IMG/VR virus record: IMGVR_UViG_3300032130_000010
Coordinates: 1 to 33,394 of that record
Origin: a virus
Taxonomy: Duplodnaviria > Caudoviricetes
Direction: 5' to 3' (one strand)
Length of the DNA: 33,394 nt
Shown here in pieces: positions 16,577 through 24,889 of the stretch (positions are counted from its first letter, which is position 1; every line of letters begins with the position of its first letter). Position numbers and translations under genes: made by a program. The notes beneath the pieces were generated by a model. It was given only the letters and a program-made list of their open reading frames with translations, searched no databases and was not told the DNA's origin.

Positions 16577-19057
16577 ATGGCTTATAAGCACATTACCTTC
16601 ACTGTTCCGGAAGGTGGGTCGTTAATAGCCGGATCAAACTCATCGGACACCGCGGGCGCAACGAACTACACCCAGAAGCTAAACTTCAGGCGTGAGTCCG
16701 ACGGCGAGGTAAGACGGGAAGGCTGGGGTCCGGCAAAGGTCGGAAGTGACTCATTTGCCCAGCTCGACACATCTGGATATCCGGTTCGCCTAATGTATCA
16801 GTTTTATTCCGAGGAGAAGCAGGTTTTAGTAGCTTCTGCAGGAGACAAGTTGTTTCGACTGAATGAGGATACTGTACAGTGGGATGTGATTGCCTCAGGC
16901 TTGCAATGCATTGACATTGCCCCATCCGGAGACATTCCCAAGGCGATCAGATGGGAAGCTGTTTCAATTGACGGGTATTGCATATTCAATAACGGAGTCG
17001 ATCTACCCTTGTTTTATCGCGCTGATTGGCCTTGCGCGTTTCCAATTTACTCCCTGAGGGAAAGAGGAATAATTCGGTGCGGAACAATTTCCGAGTTCGA
17101 CGGCAGGCTCTGGATCGGCGACATCGAGTACATCGAAGACTTGTATTTCGGAAACTTAATGACCTCGGCTTCGGAGCCATACGGAATCCCCGAAGGGCAA
17201 TCCCTTGGGTTTGATCTAGGACCCGCGACGTATAGAGTCCCTCATACGGTAGAGTATTCTGCGTGGCGCCTTACCAACACCTCCGGCGAGGCTAGGTCGG
17301 CACCTCATCTATTCGGTCAAGTGTACGGCGATACGGACGACCCGGGCGAAATGATCGTTACGGGATACTTATCAGAAGTGACGGTTACCAATGGCGGAAG
17401 TTACAGTAGTAGCACCCCACCGGCAATTACACTTACAGACCCAAAGGCGGGACAACACACGGAGTATCCCGGCGGCTCGGGCGCTTCCGCAACTGCCGAG
17501 ATGAAAGACAACGAGGACGGAACTTGGAGCGTAGACAAGGTGACGGTTGTTGGAGGCTCGGGTTATCGGGCGATAGATGCAGCGATAACCGGCGATGCCG
17601 TCATTTCCGCATCACTTGCCACATCTCTGCAGGCGATTGAACTCCCCTACCCCATATCCGTGAGCGGAAGTCTGAATCCATATTATACCAGTCCGACATG
17701 GGTAGATTCGGGGAAGAACAGCGAGCCAAATGCAATTAGAATTGGCGACCCACTGCGCATTGTCGACGAGGGAGTTACCGATGCCACTGTCCTGGACATT
17801 TCATCGTCCAGCTCGAAGACCTTGATTAAATTAAGTCCCCTGTCCTCAACCACTCCGAACACCGACGGCGAACCGGCATCCTTTTATTTGCTGAAAGAGC
17901 CTGATTCCGCCAGCACGGACTCAGCTATAACGAGAGAGTCATCAGACACCTTGAGCTTCCCCGAGGATGGTTCGCGCATTCTGAAGATGGCAAAACTTGG
18001 AGATAAGCTACTAATATATCGCCAGACAGGATATGTCGCGATCAGCAGGGGCAACACTCAGTCACCATTCTTTTACGAAGAGAGGTATCGAGGGGAGAGG
18101 GTTGCGGACTTCCGAAATACCGTAATCTCACTCAATGAAGAGAGGCAAATGTTCATAGGGTACAACGGTGCCTTTTTCGTGACTCCCGCCTCGGTTGAGC
18201 CCCAGCCTATGCCAACCTTCATGAATGGCCCCGAATTCTGGAGGAATATCACCGAGGATGACATTGAGCGTATTTATGCAATCGAGAATGGACTGACTCA
18301 GGAAGTTATGATTACCGCTCCGATTGGGCTGCGCCAACGCAACTCAAGCTATGAACTTGATTGGGGTATAGTTGCTTTCGATATGGTGTATGGAACACTC
18401 TCAACAATAGATTTTGCCTTTACTGCCGCCGCGACAATCTTTCCTTCGGACAGGATAAAGAGTCGATGGTTTCTTCTGGCCACGCATACAGTGGCAGACC
18501 TTGACGGATCGGGGATTTACACCGATAGCGAGCTAGCGACCACCGGGATGGGCGTTGGTTCATATATCATGCGCTATGGCTACGGACCCGCGGAGGGCGG
18601 ACACGGACCTTATCGAATATTTTCACGTGATGGAGGCGGGTACACCTCTACCATAAAGTTCGGCTTGACCGACTTCGGGAATCGGTTTTCCGAGAAAAGC
18701 CTAAGAAGCTACCTCGTGCATCTGTCGGACGCATTCCCCGATGAGGGGTTTGATGACTTCATGGAATCCGACTATGTGGCGGACGACTACCTCAAGAATG
18801 CTTCTGCGTCCATTGCCATATCCTCACATTCATCGGCGCCGGATGCTGCGATTGACGAGGTTGTCGAAGAGCTCACGAGTTTGGGGGTTCAGAATATGGT
18901 GCCACTTTTTGCCAGAGGCAATTACTTTCAGGATGCACTTTCAATTACCGGGGACAGCGTAGGGTTTAAGTTGATCGGGCGAACATTTGAGGTAAGCGGA
19001 GTAAAAACCCGACATGTATCCGAGGCGGTTCAAGTTGTGGAGGTTGTCGATGCCTAG
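16577..19057 (+). CDS. Putative tail nozzle (P22 gp10 / T7 gp12-like)
   Basis: 826 aa, beta-rich. N-terminal LNFRRESDGEVRREGW and C-terminal FGLTDFG...KSLR resemble podovirus nozzle termini. Confidence 0.6.
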   Translation: MAYKHITFTVPEGGSLIAGSNSSDTAGATNYTQKLNFRRESDGEVRREGWGPAKVGSDSFAQLDTSGYPVRLMYQFYSEEKQVLVASAGDKLFRLNEDTVQWDVIASGLQCIDIAPSGDIPKAIRWEAVSIDGYCIFNNGVDLPLFYRADWPCAFPIYSLRERGIIRCGTISEFDGRLWIGDIEYIEDLYFGNLMTSASEPYGIPEGQSLGFDLGPATYRVPHTVEYSAWRLTNTSGEARSAPHLFGQVYGDTDDPGEMIVTGYLSEVTVTNGGSYSSSTPPAITLTDPKAGQHTEYPGGSGASATAEMKDNEDGTWSVDKVTVVGGSGYRAIDAAITGDAVISASLATSLQAIELPYPISVSGSLNPYYTSPTWVDSGKNSEPNAIRIGDPLRIVDEGVTDATVLDISSSSSKTLIKLSPLSSTTPNTDGEPASFYLLKEPDSASTDSAITRESSDTLSFPEDGSRILKMAKLGDKLLIYRQTGYVAISRGNTQSPFFYEERYRGERVADFRNTVISLNEERQMFIGYNGAFFVTPASVEPQPMPTFMNGPEFWRNITEDDIERIYAIENGLTQEVMITAPIGLRQRNSSYELDWGIVAFDMVYGTLSTIDFAFTAAATIFPSDRIKSRWFLLATHTVADLDGSGIYTDSELATTGMGVGSYIMRYGYGPAEGGHGPYRIFSRDGGGYTSTIKFGLTDFGNRFSEKSLRSYLVHLSDAFPDEGFDDFMESDYVADDYLKNASASIAISSHSSAPDAAIDEVVEELTSLGVQNMVPLFARGNYFQDALSITGDSVGFKLIGRTFEVSGVKTRHVSEAVQVVEVVDA

Positions 19058-19328
19058 AAGAAAGAAAGCGACAAGACCTTTCAGCAACATGAGCATCAGC
19101 TTTAATCCAAACCAAAAGGATTTAACGGGCGGACTGAATCGTATGCGTGAAAAACTTGACAGGATCGCTTCCGTAGCGATTGAGTCGGACGCGGAGTCAG
19201 AGGGCGGTTTTGACGATTTCTCTGCCGCGCTTGAGGATACCTCCCCTCTTCCCGGAGCCACCGGTGAACTTCTTTCGGGTGACGCAGCTCAACAGTTAGC
19301 CGACTTTGAGGCAGCATTCAATTCGTAA
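19050..19328 (+). CDS. Hypothetical protein
   Basis: ATG 19050 with upstream GGAGG, overlapping the nozzle stop. Contains DDFSAAL and ADFEAAF. Confidence 0.6.
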   Translation: MPRRKKATRPFSNMSISFNPNQKDLTGGLNRMREKLDRIASVAIESDAESEGGFDDFSAALEDTSPLPGATGELLSGDAAQQLADFEAAFNS

Positions 19329-19346
19329 CCTAGTTCGTTAGGTAAC
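19325..19346. promoter_or_regulatory. Operator-like 22-bp motif GTAAC-N4-TTCGTTAGGTWAC (copy 1)
   Basis: GTAACCTAGTTCGTTAGGTAAC; matches 19841-19862 at 17 of 22 positions. Confidence 0.55.
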
Positions 19347-19390
19347 TTTTTTCTTGAAAGTTACGGAATAGTAGGCAATGTTATGTGCCT

Positions 19391-19579
19391 ATGAAAGACG
19401 AATCCTGTCTCAGGTATGTTTCCTCAAGAACCATACAGGAAAAAATGGAGGTGACCGGGAAGACCGTGCGAGCTTGGTCGAAAAGAATGGGTTGGAGGTT
19501 TCAGAAAATCAATGCTCGGGTAATAAGGTATTGCGCGGAAGATGTTGAGCGAACCCTCAAGGTGGACTTATCGAGATGA
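19391..19579 (+). CDS. Small winged-HTH protein (Xis/AlpA/MerR-like)
   Basis: YVSSRTIQEKMEVTGKTVRAW...KINARVIRYCAEDVER matches the excisionase/AlpA-type pattern. ATG 19391 (track start GTG 19385). Confidence 0.7.
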   Translation: MKDESCLRYVSSRTIQEKMEVTGKTVRAWSKRMGWRFQKINARVIRYCAEDVERTLKVDLSR

Positions 19580-19824
19580 GCAGTATTCTTGCACAACTTG
19601 GCTCAAAAGTTAAAACACAACTTGACACCAAGCTGGATGCTTCAGGTGGTAGCGTGTCGGGGACGCTGGAGGTGGATGGACATATAAAACTGCCCGTGTA
19701 CACGACTTCGACTATTCCGACAGCGGGGGTTGCCCGTCGCATGGTTTATGTCTCCGACGAGGATTGCTTGGCATTTGATACGGGAAGTTCGTGGAAGAAG
19801 GTGAATTTTGGCTCTGAGCTTTGA
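19576..19824 (+). CDS. Short fibre-like protein
   Basis: KLDASGGSVSGTL and LPVYTTSTIPTA...MVYVSD...LAFDTGSSWKKV are phage fibre neck/head-type motifs. Confidence 0.65.
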   Translation: MSSILAQLGSKVKTQLDTKLDASGGSVSGTLEVDGHIKLPVYTTSTIPTAGVARRMVYVSDEDCLAFDTGSSWKKVNFGSEL

Positions 19825-19831
19825 AAGTGCC

Positions 19832-19864
19832 TTGACTGGTGTAACGGATTTCGTTAGGTTACAC
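19832..19864 (+). promoter_or_regulatory. Sigma70-like promoter TTGACT-N17-TAGGTT overlapped by operator-like motif copy 2
   Basis: -35 at 19832-19837, -10 at 19855-19860; inverted repeat GTGTAAC 19839-19845 / GTTACAC 19858-19864. Confidence 0.55.
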
Positions 19865-19901
19865 TTGCCTAACTCATATTAACAAATCAGAATAATCAAT
19901 C

Positions 19902-20876
19902 ATGTCTAGTATCTTCACACTTCTCGGTCAAAAGACCAAAGCATTCGTAAACACGCAAGTTACCGCATTGGAAAATGGGGCTGTTGCGACCAACGCATCG
20001 AACATCTCGACCAACACGTCAAGTATTGCGACTAACGCATCGAACATCTCGACCAATACTGCGACCGGTGCGACAAACGCCAGCAACATTTCGACCAACA
20101 CGGCGAGCATTGCAACAAACGCCAGCGACATTTCGACTAACGCCGCAAGCATTGTCTCCGAGGCCGCCACCGCACGTGCCGCCGAGGTAGCCAATGCCAG
20201 CGATATTTCAACGAACACGTCGAACATCACGACTAACGCGTCGAACATCTCGACCAACTCGGCGGATATTTCGACTAACACGTCAAGTATTGCGACAAAC
20301 GCTTCCGACATATCCACAAACACCTCGAGCATTTCGACTAACACATCCGACATCTCGACCAACACATCGAGCATCTCAACCAACGCATCGAACATCTCTA
20401 GCAACGACAGCGACATCTCCGACTTGGAGACGCAGGCTGGATCGCTCGCCGCCGATGGCAACTCCGCTTCTTTCAGCGGCGACCTCGGGGCTGCCAACAT
20501 GGTGTTGACCGGCAACTTGACTGTTCAAGGCGCCACGACCGCAGTCCAGACGACCAACTTGGACGTTTCCGACAGCATCCTAAACCTTTCCAAGGGCGCA
20601 GGAGACGGTTCCAACGCAGCTAATGACGTTGGGTTTGTGGTAGAGCGTGGCTCTGCCGAAAACAACGTAGCATTCGTCTGGGACGAAGGTAACGATCGGT
20701 TCACTGCTTATGAAGCTTCCAGTGGAACTTCCTTCAGCGCCACCGATACGGACTTGGACAGCACGGACGGCTCCGCCGGTTTCGCTACAGCCCAGTTTGC
20801 CGACGTTTACGTTAACAATGGCGGCTCTGCCACCAACCTTGGCACGGTTGCCGAGTTTGACGCAGCACTTGCTTAA
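19902..20876 (+). CDS. Fibre protein with IxxNxxx heptad stalk
   Basis: About 18-19 heptads of the ISTNASN type, then GNLTVQG-type beta segments and a ..VVERG...FVWDE.. fibre module. Confidence 0.75.
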   Translation: MSSIFTLLGQKTKAFVNTQVTALENGAVATNASNISTNTSSIATNASNISTNTATGATNASNISTNTASIATNASDISTNAASIVSEAATARAAEVANASDISTNTSNITTNASNISTNSADISTNTSSIATNASDISTNTSSISTNTSDISTNTSSISTNASNISSNDSDISDLETQAGSLAADGNSASFSGDLGAANMVLTGNLTVQGATTAVQTTNLDVSDSILNLSKGAGDGSNAANDVGFVVERGSAENNVAFVWDEGNDRFTAYEASSGTSFSATDTDLDSTDGSAGFATAQFADVYVNNGGSATNLGTVAEFDAALA

Positions 20877-20913
20877 AATTAATTTTTCCCGAGGGGGGGA
20901 ATAGAAAAGGGTT

Positions 20914-20955
20914 AGCCTCCCATCTGCGTAGCGGGTGGGAGGCTTTTCTTTGTTT
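20914..20955 (+). terminator. Rho-independent terminator
   Basis: AGCCTCCCA (20914-20922) / TGGGAGGCT (20936-20944) stem followed by TTTCTTTGTTT. Confidence 0.8.
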
Positions 20956-20982
20956 GACCATTCCGCTGTTACCTAATACATT
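20954..20982 (+). promoter_or_regulatory. Sigma70-like promoter TTGACC-N17-TACATT for the long fibre gene
   Basis: -35 at 20954-20959, -10 at 20977-20982, ATG at 20990 (near-leaderless geometry). The spacer holds GTTACCTAA (20968-20976), the reverse complement of TTAGGTAAC. Confidence 0.6.
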
Positions 20983-20989
20983 ATCTGAC

Positions 20990-23900
20990 ATGAGTATCTC
21001 GCCACTAATCTTCAACGGTAACGGTACTCCCGGTGCCGTAAGTACCGATGACACAAACAAAGTTTCCTTAAGGAAGCTCACGACTGCGCCCCTGACGCAT
21101 GACGATCTGGACGACAACTTTCAGTCCATATCAGAGAAGATCAACGATCTGGTCGGCGCGGTAGTACCGCTATTCTCGAACTGGGACACTTCTAATCCAA
21201 CCAGTCCAACCCAGCAGTTGACCCTCCAAGGGTACCCGGCGTTGAAGGTATTGAGTAACGACGGACTCTCGAAATATCAATTCTACCCTCACGATAACGG
21301 ATATTTATATATCAACGACGAAACCCAAACGAGGATAGTCATCTCCGACGTCGGATTCGTCGGAATCGGGACTGGAACGCCGGGTAATCCCCTTGAGGTA
21401 CAAACTGTTGGCGCGAAATACGGTTTGTCGGTTTGTGATAGCGCCAATCAGCTAGGAGGCTTGTACGTGAGCGACAACTCCGGGTCTGGTGGATTGGATT
21501 TGTATTTAAAGGATCGGACAGCCGGGACTACAAAGTCCTTAATAGCATCGACTCCGAACCTTGATAGTTATTTCAACAACGGTGGCAACGTCGGAATCGG
21601 GACTGATGACCCAGAATGCCAATTAGACTCTACTGGGACGATCAGAGCCATAACGGGCGCCCAAGTCGCGCCGTCGCATGGCGAGGGTCTGGAGATGTTT
21701 CACAACGGCGTACGGGGATATCTTATTCCCTATGATCGAGATACTAGCACATACGGCGATGTTCAATTAGGCACGGCTCTGCATGTGAAAGGTGACCACA
21801 AATCAACGGTTTTCCTTGGAGCGACAGGATCACCCGAGCACAAATCTGGTGGTCTTAAGATCGGTGAAGACTGGGATGCGGCGGATTCAGATGTGAACGG
21901 TCCAATCGCCAAGCTGGTCGTTCAAGGCCGCCCGGACTACTGGAATTCGGCCCAGATTGAAAACACCTCCACCACCGGAACGGGCATCACGTTGTTTAAT
22001 GAAGACTCAGGGGTCAAGTGGAGCCTAATATCGCAAGGCTCAATTGGAGGTGCCGGTGAGAATAACTTAGGGTTTCACTTGACAGGCGCTGGCTCTTCGA
22101 CAGGCGTTCCGGGCTACAAGATGTCCTTGACCGAGGACGGCCATCTCAGTTGCGGGACTGATGCAAACGGTAATCAAGCCGTAACCTTACAACCCGGTTA
22201 CGCAACGAACTCTTATTCCAAGGTTTTTGCCTCCAGCTACCTGAACCTTTCCCTTGGCAGCGGATCAGGCGCCGAGCCAAGAATATATTTGCGTGGAACC
22301 GGCACGGGCGTGACCACAGCAGGCGACATATACATGGCATCTGCCCAAGCTGCCAATTGCTTGGTTATCCAAGGCACTACCGGCAACGTCGGAATCGGGA
22401 CTAATCAACCAAGCGCTAGGTTGTCGGTCCTAAGCAGTGACCCCGGCACGAATTCTGCCATAATAGAAAACGACCATTCCGAAGGCTACGGTCTGAAGAC
22501 GATTGGCGGAGGCAACACCACTACTCGTTATCTTGCTGATTTTAGAGATAAAGATGGGGTATCGGGTTTAAAAATAGACGGCGACCGCAACGTCGACATC
22601 GGCGGCAATCTCGACGTAGGCGGTATAATTTCAGGCGACGCCTCGGGCTTGACGAACCTTCCTTCATCAGCCGCGTCGTCGGGCATCTTCACGAATCAAC
22701 TGTCCCCGCTTGGCGGCGCCCAGCAAAGTCCTCCCGTACCGGGGGCAGATACTGTAACGCTAAGCGCCCCTGATCCAACTTTACGATTTAGTGACTCCAC
22801 AAACACAGGGGACATGACACTTTACTGGCAGGCAGCCGCCTCCGCCTCCACCCTGACCGCGATTGGTGGAAGCGGTAAGGGAGGTTTATATTTCTACAGA
22901 AATGCCGATCCGCAAGTTTTTCCCCGCGATGTCAATATGATGATTGATCTAGACGGCAAAGTCGGAATCGGGACTGATAATCCAACGCACAGTCTTACCA
23001 TTGGGGATGGCACTAGCAATGAGTGGATAAAAATAGACGGCGAAGAGGGCCATTTCTCCGTTGGTACGGGTAGCATTTCCAACGGCAAAAAATACTTTTC
23101 TTTATACGATAGCGAAAGCAACAATCATAGACTTACGATTAGTGAGGAAGGCAACGTCGGAATCGGGACTGTTACGCCCGTCGCGCCGTTGGAAATCAAA
23201 GGCCCAGATGGCCCTGTAACAACATCGAATGACGCTATTGTCATCCGTGCCGCCTCCACCGCTCACATTTTAACGATGGGCACCGACTCTTCGACCGGAA
23301 CATCATGGATTCGTCCGGTCCAAGAGAATGTTGGCAATAATAAATTACTACTGGATGCCACTGAGGTGGGAATCTCATCTTCTGAAACAACAGGACTGCT
23401 GTTAGTAAATCCGGATTCTGCCGCCACAAACGATAGCAATGATCCACCTGCAATTTTATTTCAGGCAAGCGGATGGGACACCAATGCAGGGTCTGAAGGA
23501 TATCGGGCTAGAATCCGAGTCAAAGGAGGCTACTCAGGCGCGCCTAATCGTGGTAATACACACCCTGTAATGCACTTCGATCTGGAAACGAATGAGGACA
23601 ATCCTGATGACGCCCTGAGTACCAAGATGGTAATCAATGCTGACGGCAATGTCGGAATCGGGACTGATTTAGATGATATAGATTCAGACTTTGGTTTATC
23701 TATACATAATAGAGCCGGGATACTTGTAAGAAACATCCAAGGGGCACTTAATAGTCAAACGAATATAATTCGCGGCTCAATTTCAGATCGCTATGACCAA
23801 GATGATTGGGGTGTTGGAATAAATCAAGTAGTAGAAAACAACAGTAATGGATTCGGAATGGCATTTTGGACACGCAATGCTTACAACGGATCATATTCGG

Positions 23901-24883
23901 AAAAGGTTCGTATTGATAAGGATGGCCAGGTCGGAATCGGGACTGATAATCCTGCATCATTTTTGCATGTCGCTGGTGGCGCTTCAAATAATCAAGCATT
24001 ATTTGAAAGTACAGACGGTACAAGTTCCATACAGTTTAAAGACCCGGCTGGTACTGCAGAATTTGGTAATAAGGGTGATGATGCTGTTATCATGCCGGCA
24101 GGGGTCGAAAAAATGCGAATAAAAGCCAATGGCAACGTCGGCATCGGGACTGATGAGCCAAATGCAAAACTCTGCGTTCATTCAGAAACCACAACGGCAT
24201 ATGGAGGCTCAGTGCAGGACCTCAATAATCGGATTAACCTTCGCAATGAAGTGAGTACTGACGGCTTGCATCAAAACGTAGGAATATCGTTTGAACTTAA
24301 AACAACAGGAAACGGTTTCTCAAGATATTCATGGATTGGCTCGGTTCAGGATCAAGCAAACGCACGATATAGTTCTTTGGTATTTGGTACAGACGAAGGA
24401 ACAAGCGCACAACCTAATCGTCTAGAAAAAATGCGTATCACCTATGACGGCAAAGTCGGAATCGGGACTGATTCGCCGAGCAGAACTCTTACGACTGCTG
24501 GTAATTTTCGTTTGGAAAAAACAGCAGCCGATGGAAGTCATGATGCATTAGATGTCAACGTTGGGGGAGGTGCAGACCATCCCGAACTTAACATATATGA
24601 TAAGGAAGGAGATGCGGGCGTATTCATAGTTACCGCGACCACGGTGAGCAATTTAACCGAACCGCGCGTCGGAATCGGGAAAACATCGCCATCGGTCGCA
24701 CTTGATATTGATGGTGATGTCGCCATCGATGGGAATCTCGCGACCACCAACATAGCGGATGTAGAAGATTCCATCCTAACAAACATGGTCGAAACAAACG
24801 GCAAGGTCACTTTCGGCGGCACTGCGGTAAACAGCATCGACTTCACCATAAACGGAACGACTCTGGAAATCACAACATCCTAA
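20990..24883 (+). CDS. Long modular tail fibre with GNVGIGT repeats
   Basis: N-terminal anchor-like LRKLTTAPLTHDDLDDNF; ten VGIG(T) repeats separating dissimilar modules. ATG 20990 preferred over TTG 20954. Confidence 0.85.
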   Translation: MSISPLIFNGNGTPGAVSTDDTNKVSLRKLTTAPLTHDDLDDNFQSISEKINDLVGAVVPLFSNWDTSNPTSPTQQLTLQGYPALKVLSNDGLSKYQFYPHDNGYLYINDETQTRIVISDVGFVGIGTGTPGNPLEVQTVGAKYGLSVCDSANQLGGLYVSDNSGSGGLDLYLKDRTAGTTKSLIASTPNLDSYFNNGGNVGIGTDDPECQLDSTGTIRAITGAQVAPSHGEGLEMFHNGVRGYLIPYDRDTSTYGDVQLGTALHVKGDHKSTVFLGATGSPEHKSGGLKIGEDWDAADSDVNGPIAKLVVQGRPDYWNSAQIENTSTTGTGITLFNEDSGVKWSLISQGSIGGAGENNLGFHLTGAGSSTGVPGYKMSLTEDGHLSCGTDANGNQAVTLQPGYATNSYSKVFASSYLNLSLGSGSGAEPRIYLRGTGTGVTTAGDIYMASAQAANCLVIQGTTGNVGIGTNQPSARLSVLSSDPGTNSAIIENDHSEGYGLKTIGGGNTTTRYLADFRDKDGVSGLKIDGDRNVDIGGNLDVGGIISGDASGLTNLPSSAASSGIFTNQLSPLGGAQQSPPVPGADTVTLSAPDPTLRFSDSTNTGDMTLYWQAAASASTLTAIGGSGKGGLYFYRNADPQVFPRDVNMMIDLDGKVGIGTDNPTHSLTIGDGTSNEWIKIDGEEGHFSVGTGSISNGKKYFSLYDSESNNHRLTISEEGNVGIGTVTPVAPLEIKGPDGPVTTSNDAIVIRAASTAHILTMGTDSSTGTSWIRPVQENVGNNKLLLDATEVGISSSETTGLLLVNPDSAATNDSNDPPAILFQASGWDTNAGSEGYRARIRVKGGYSGAPNRGNTHPVMHFDLETNEDNPDDALSTKMVINADGNVGIGTDLDDIDSDFGLSIHNRAGILVRNIQGALNSQTNIIRGSISDRYDQDDWGVGINQVVENNSNGFGMAFWTRNAYNGSYSEKVRIDKDGQVGIGTDNPASFLHVAGGASNNQALFESTDGTSSIQFKDPAGTAEFGNKGDDAVIMPAGVEKMRIKANGNVGIGTDEPNAKLCVHSETTTAYGGSVQDLNNRINLRNEVSTDGLHQNVGISFELKTTGNGFSRYSWIGSVQDQANARYSSLVFGTDEGTSAQPNRLEKMRITYDGKVGIGTDSPSRTLTTAGNFRLEKTAADGSHDALDVNVGGGADHPELNIYDKEGDAGVFIVTATTVSNLTEPRVGIGKTSPSVALDIDGDVAIDGNLATTNIADVEDSILTNMVETNGKVTFGGTAVNSIDFTINGTTLEITTS
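21359..24682 (+). repeat. Dispersed in-frame 15-bp direct repeat GTCGGAATCGGGACT
   Basis: Perfect at 21359, 21590, 22388, 22961, 23156, 23651, 23930 and 24455; one mismatch at 24137; first 13 of 15 bases at 24668. Confidence 0.95.
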
Positions 24884-24889
24884 CAAGCC

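Noticed and set aside
19928-20515. 195-aa antisense ORF with VEM repeats, and an ice-binding reading of the Thr/Asn-rich repeats
   Set aside because: The ORF mirrors the heptad repeat gene. The 7-residue period with Ile at a and Asn at d fits a coiled coil, not a TxT beta-solenoid.
21359-24682. CRISPR array interpretation of the 15-bp repeats
   Set aside because: Repeats are too short, spacings are 195-798 bp and unequal, all lie in frame within one ORF, and there are no cas genes or leader.
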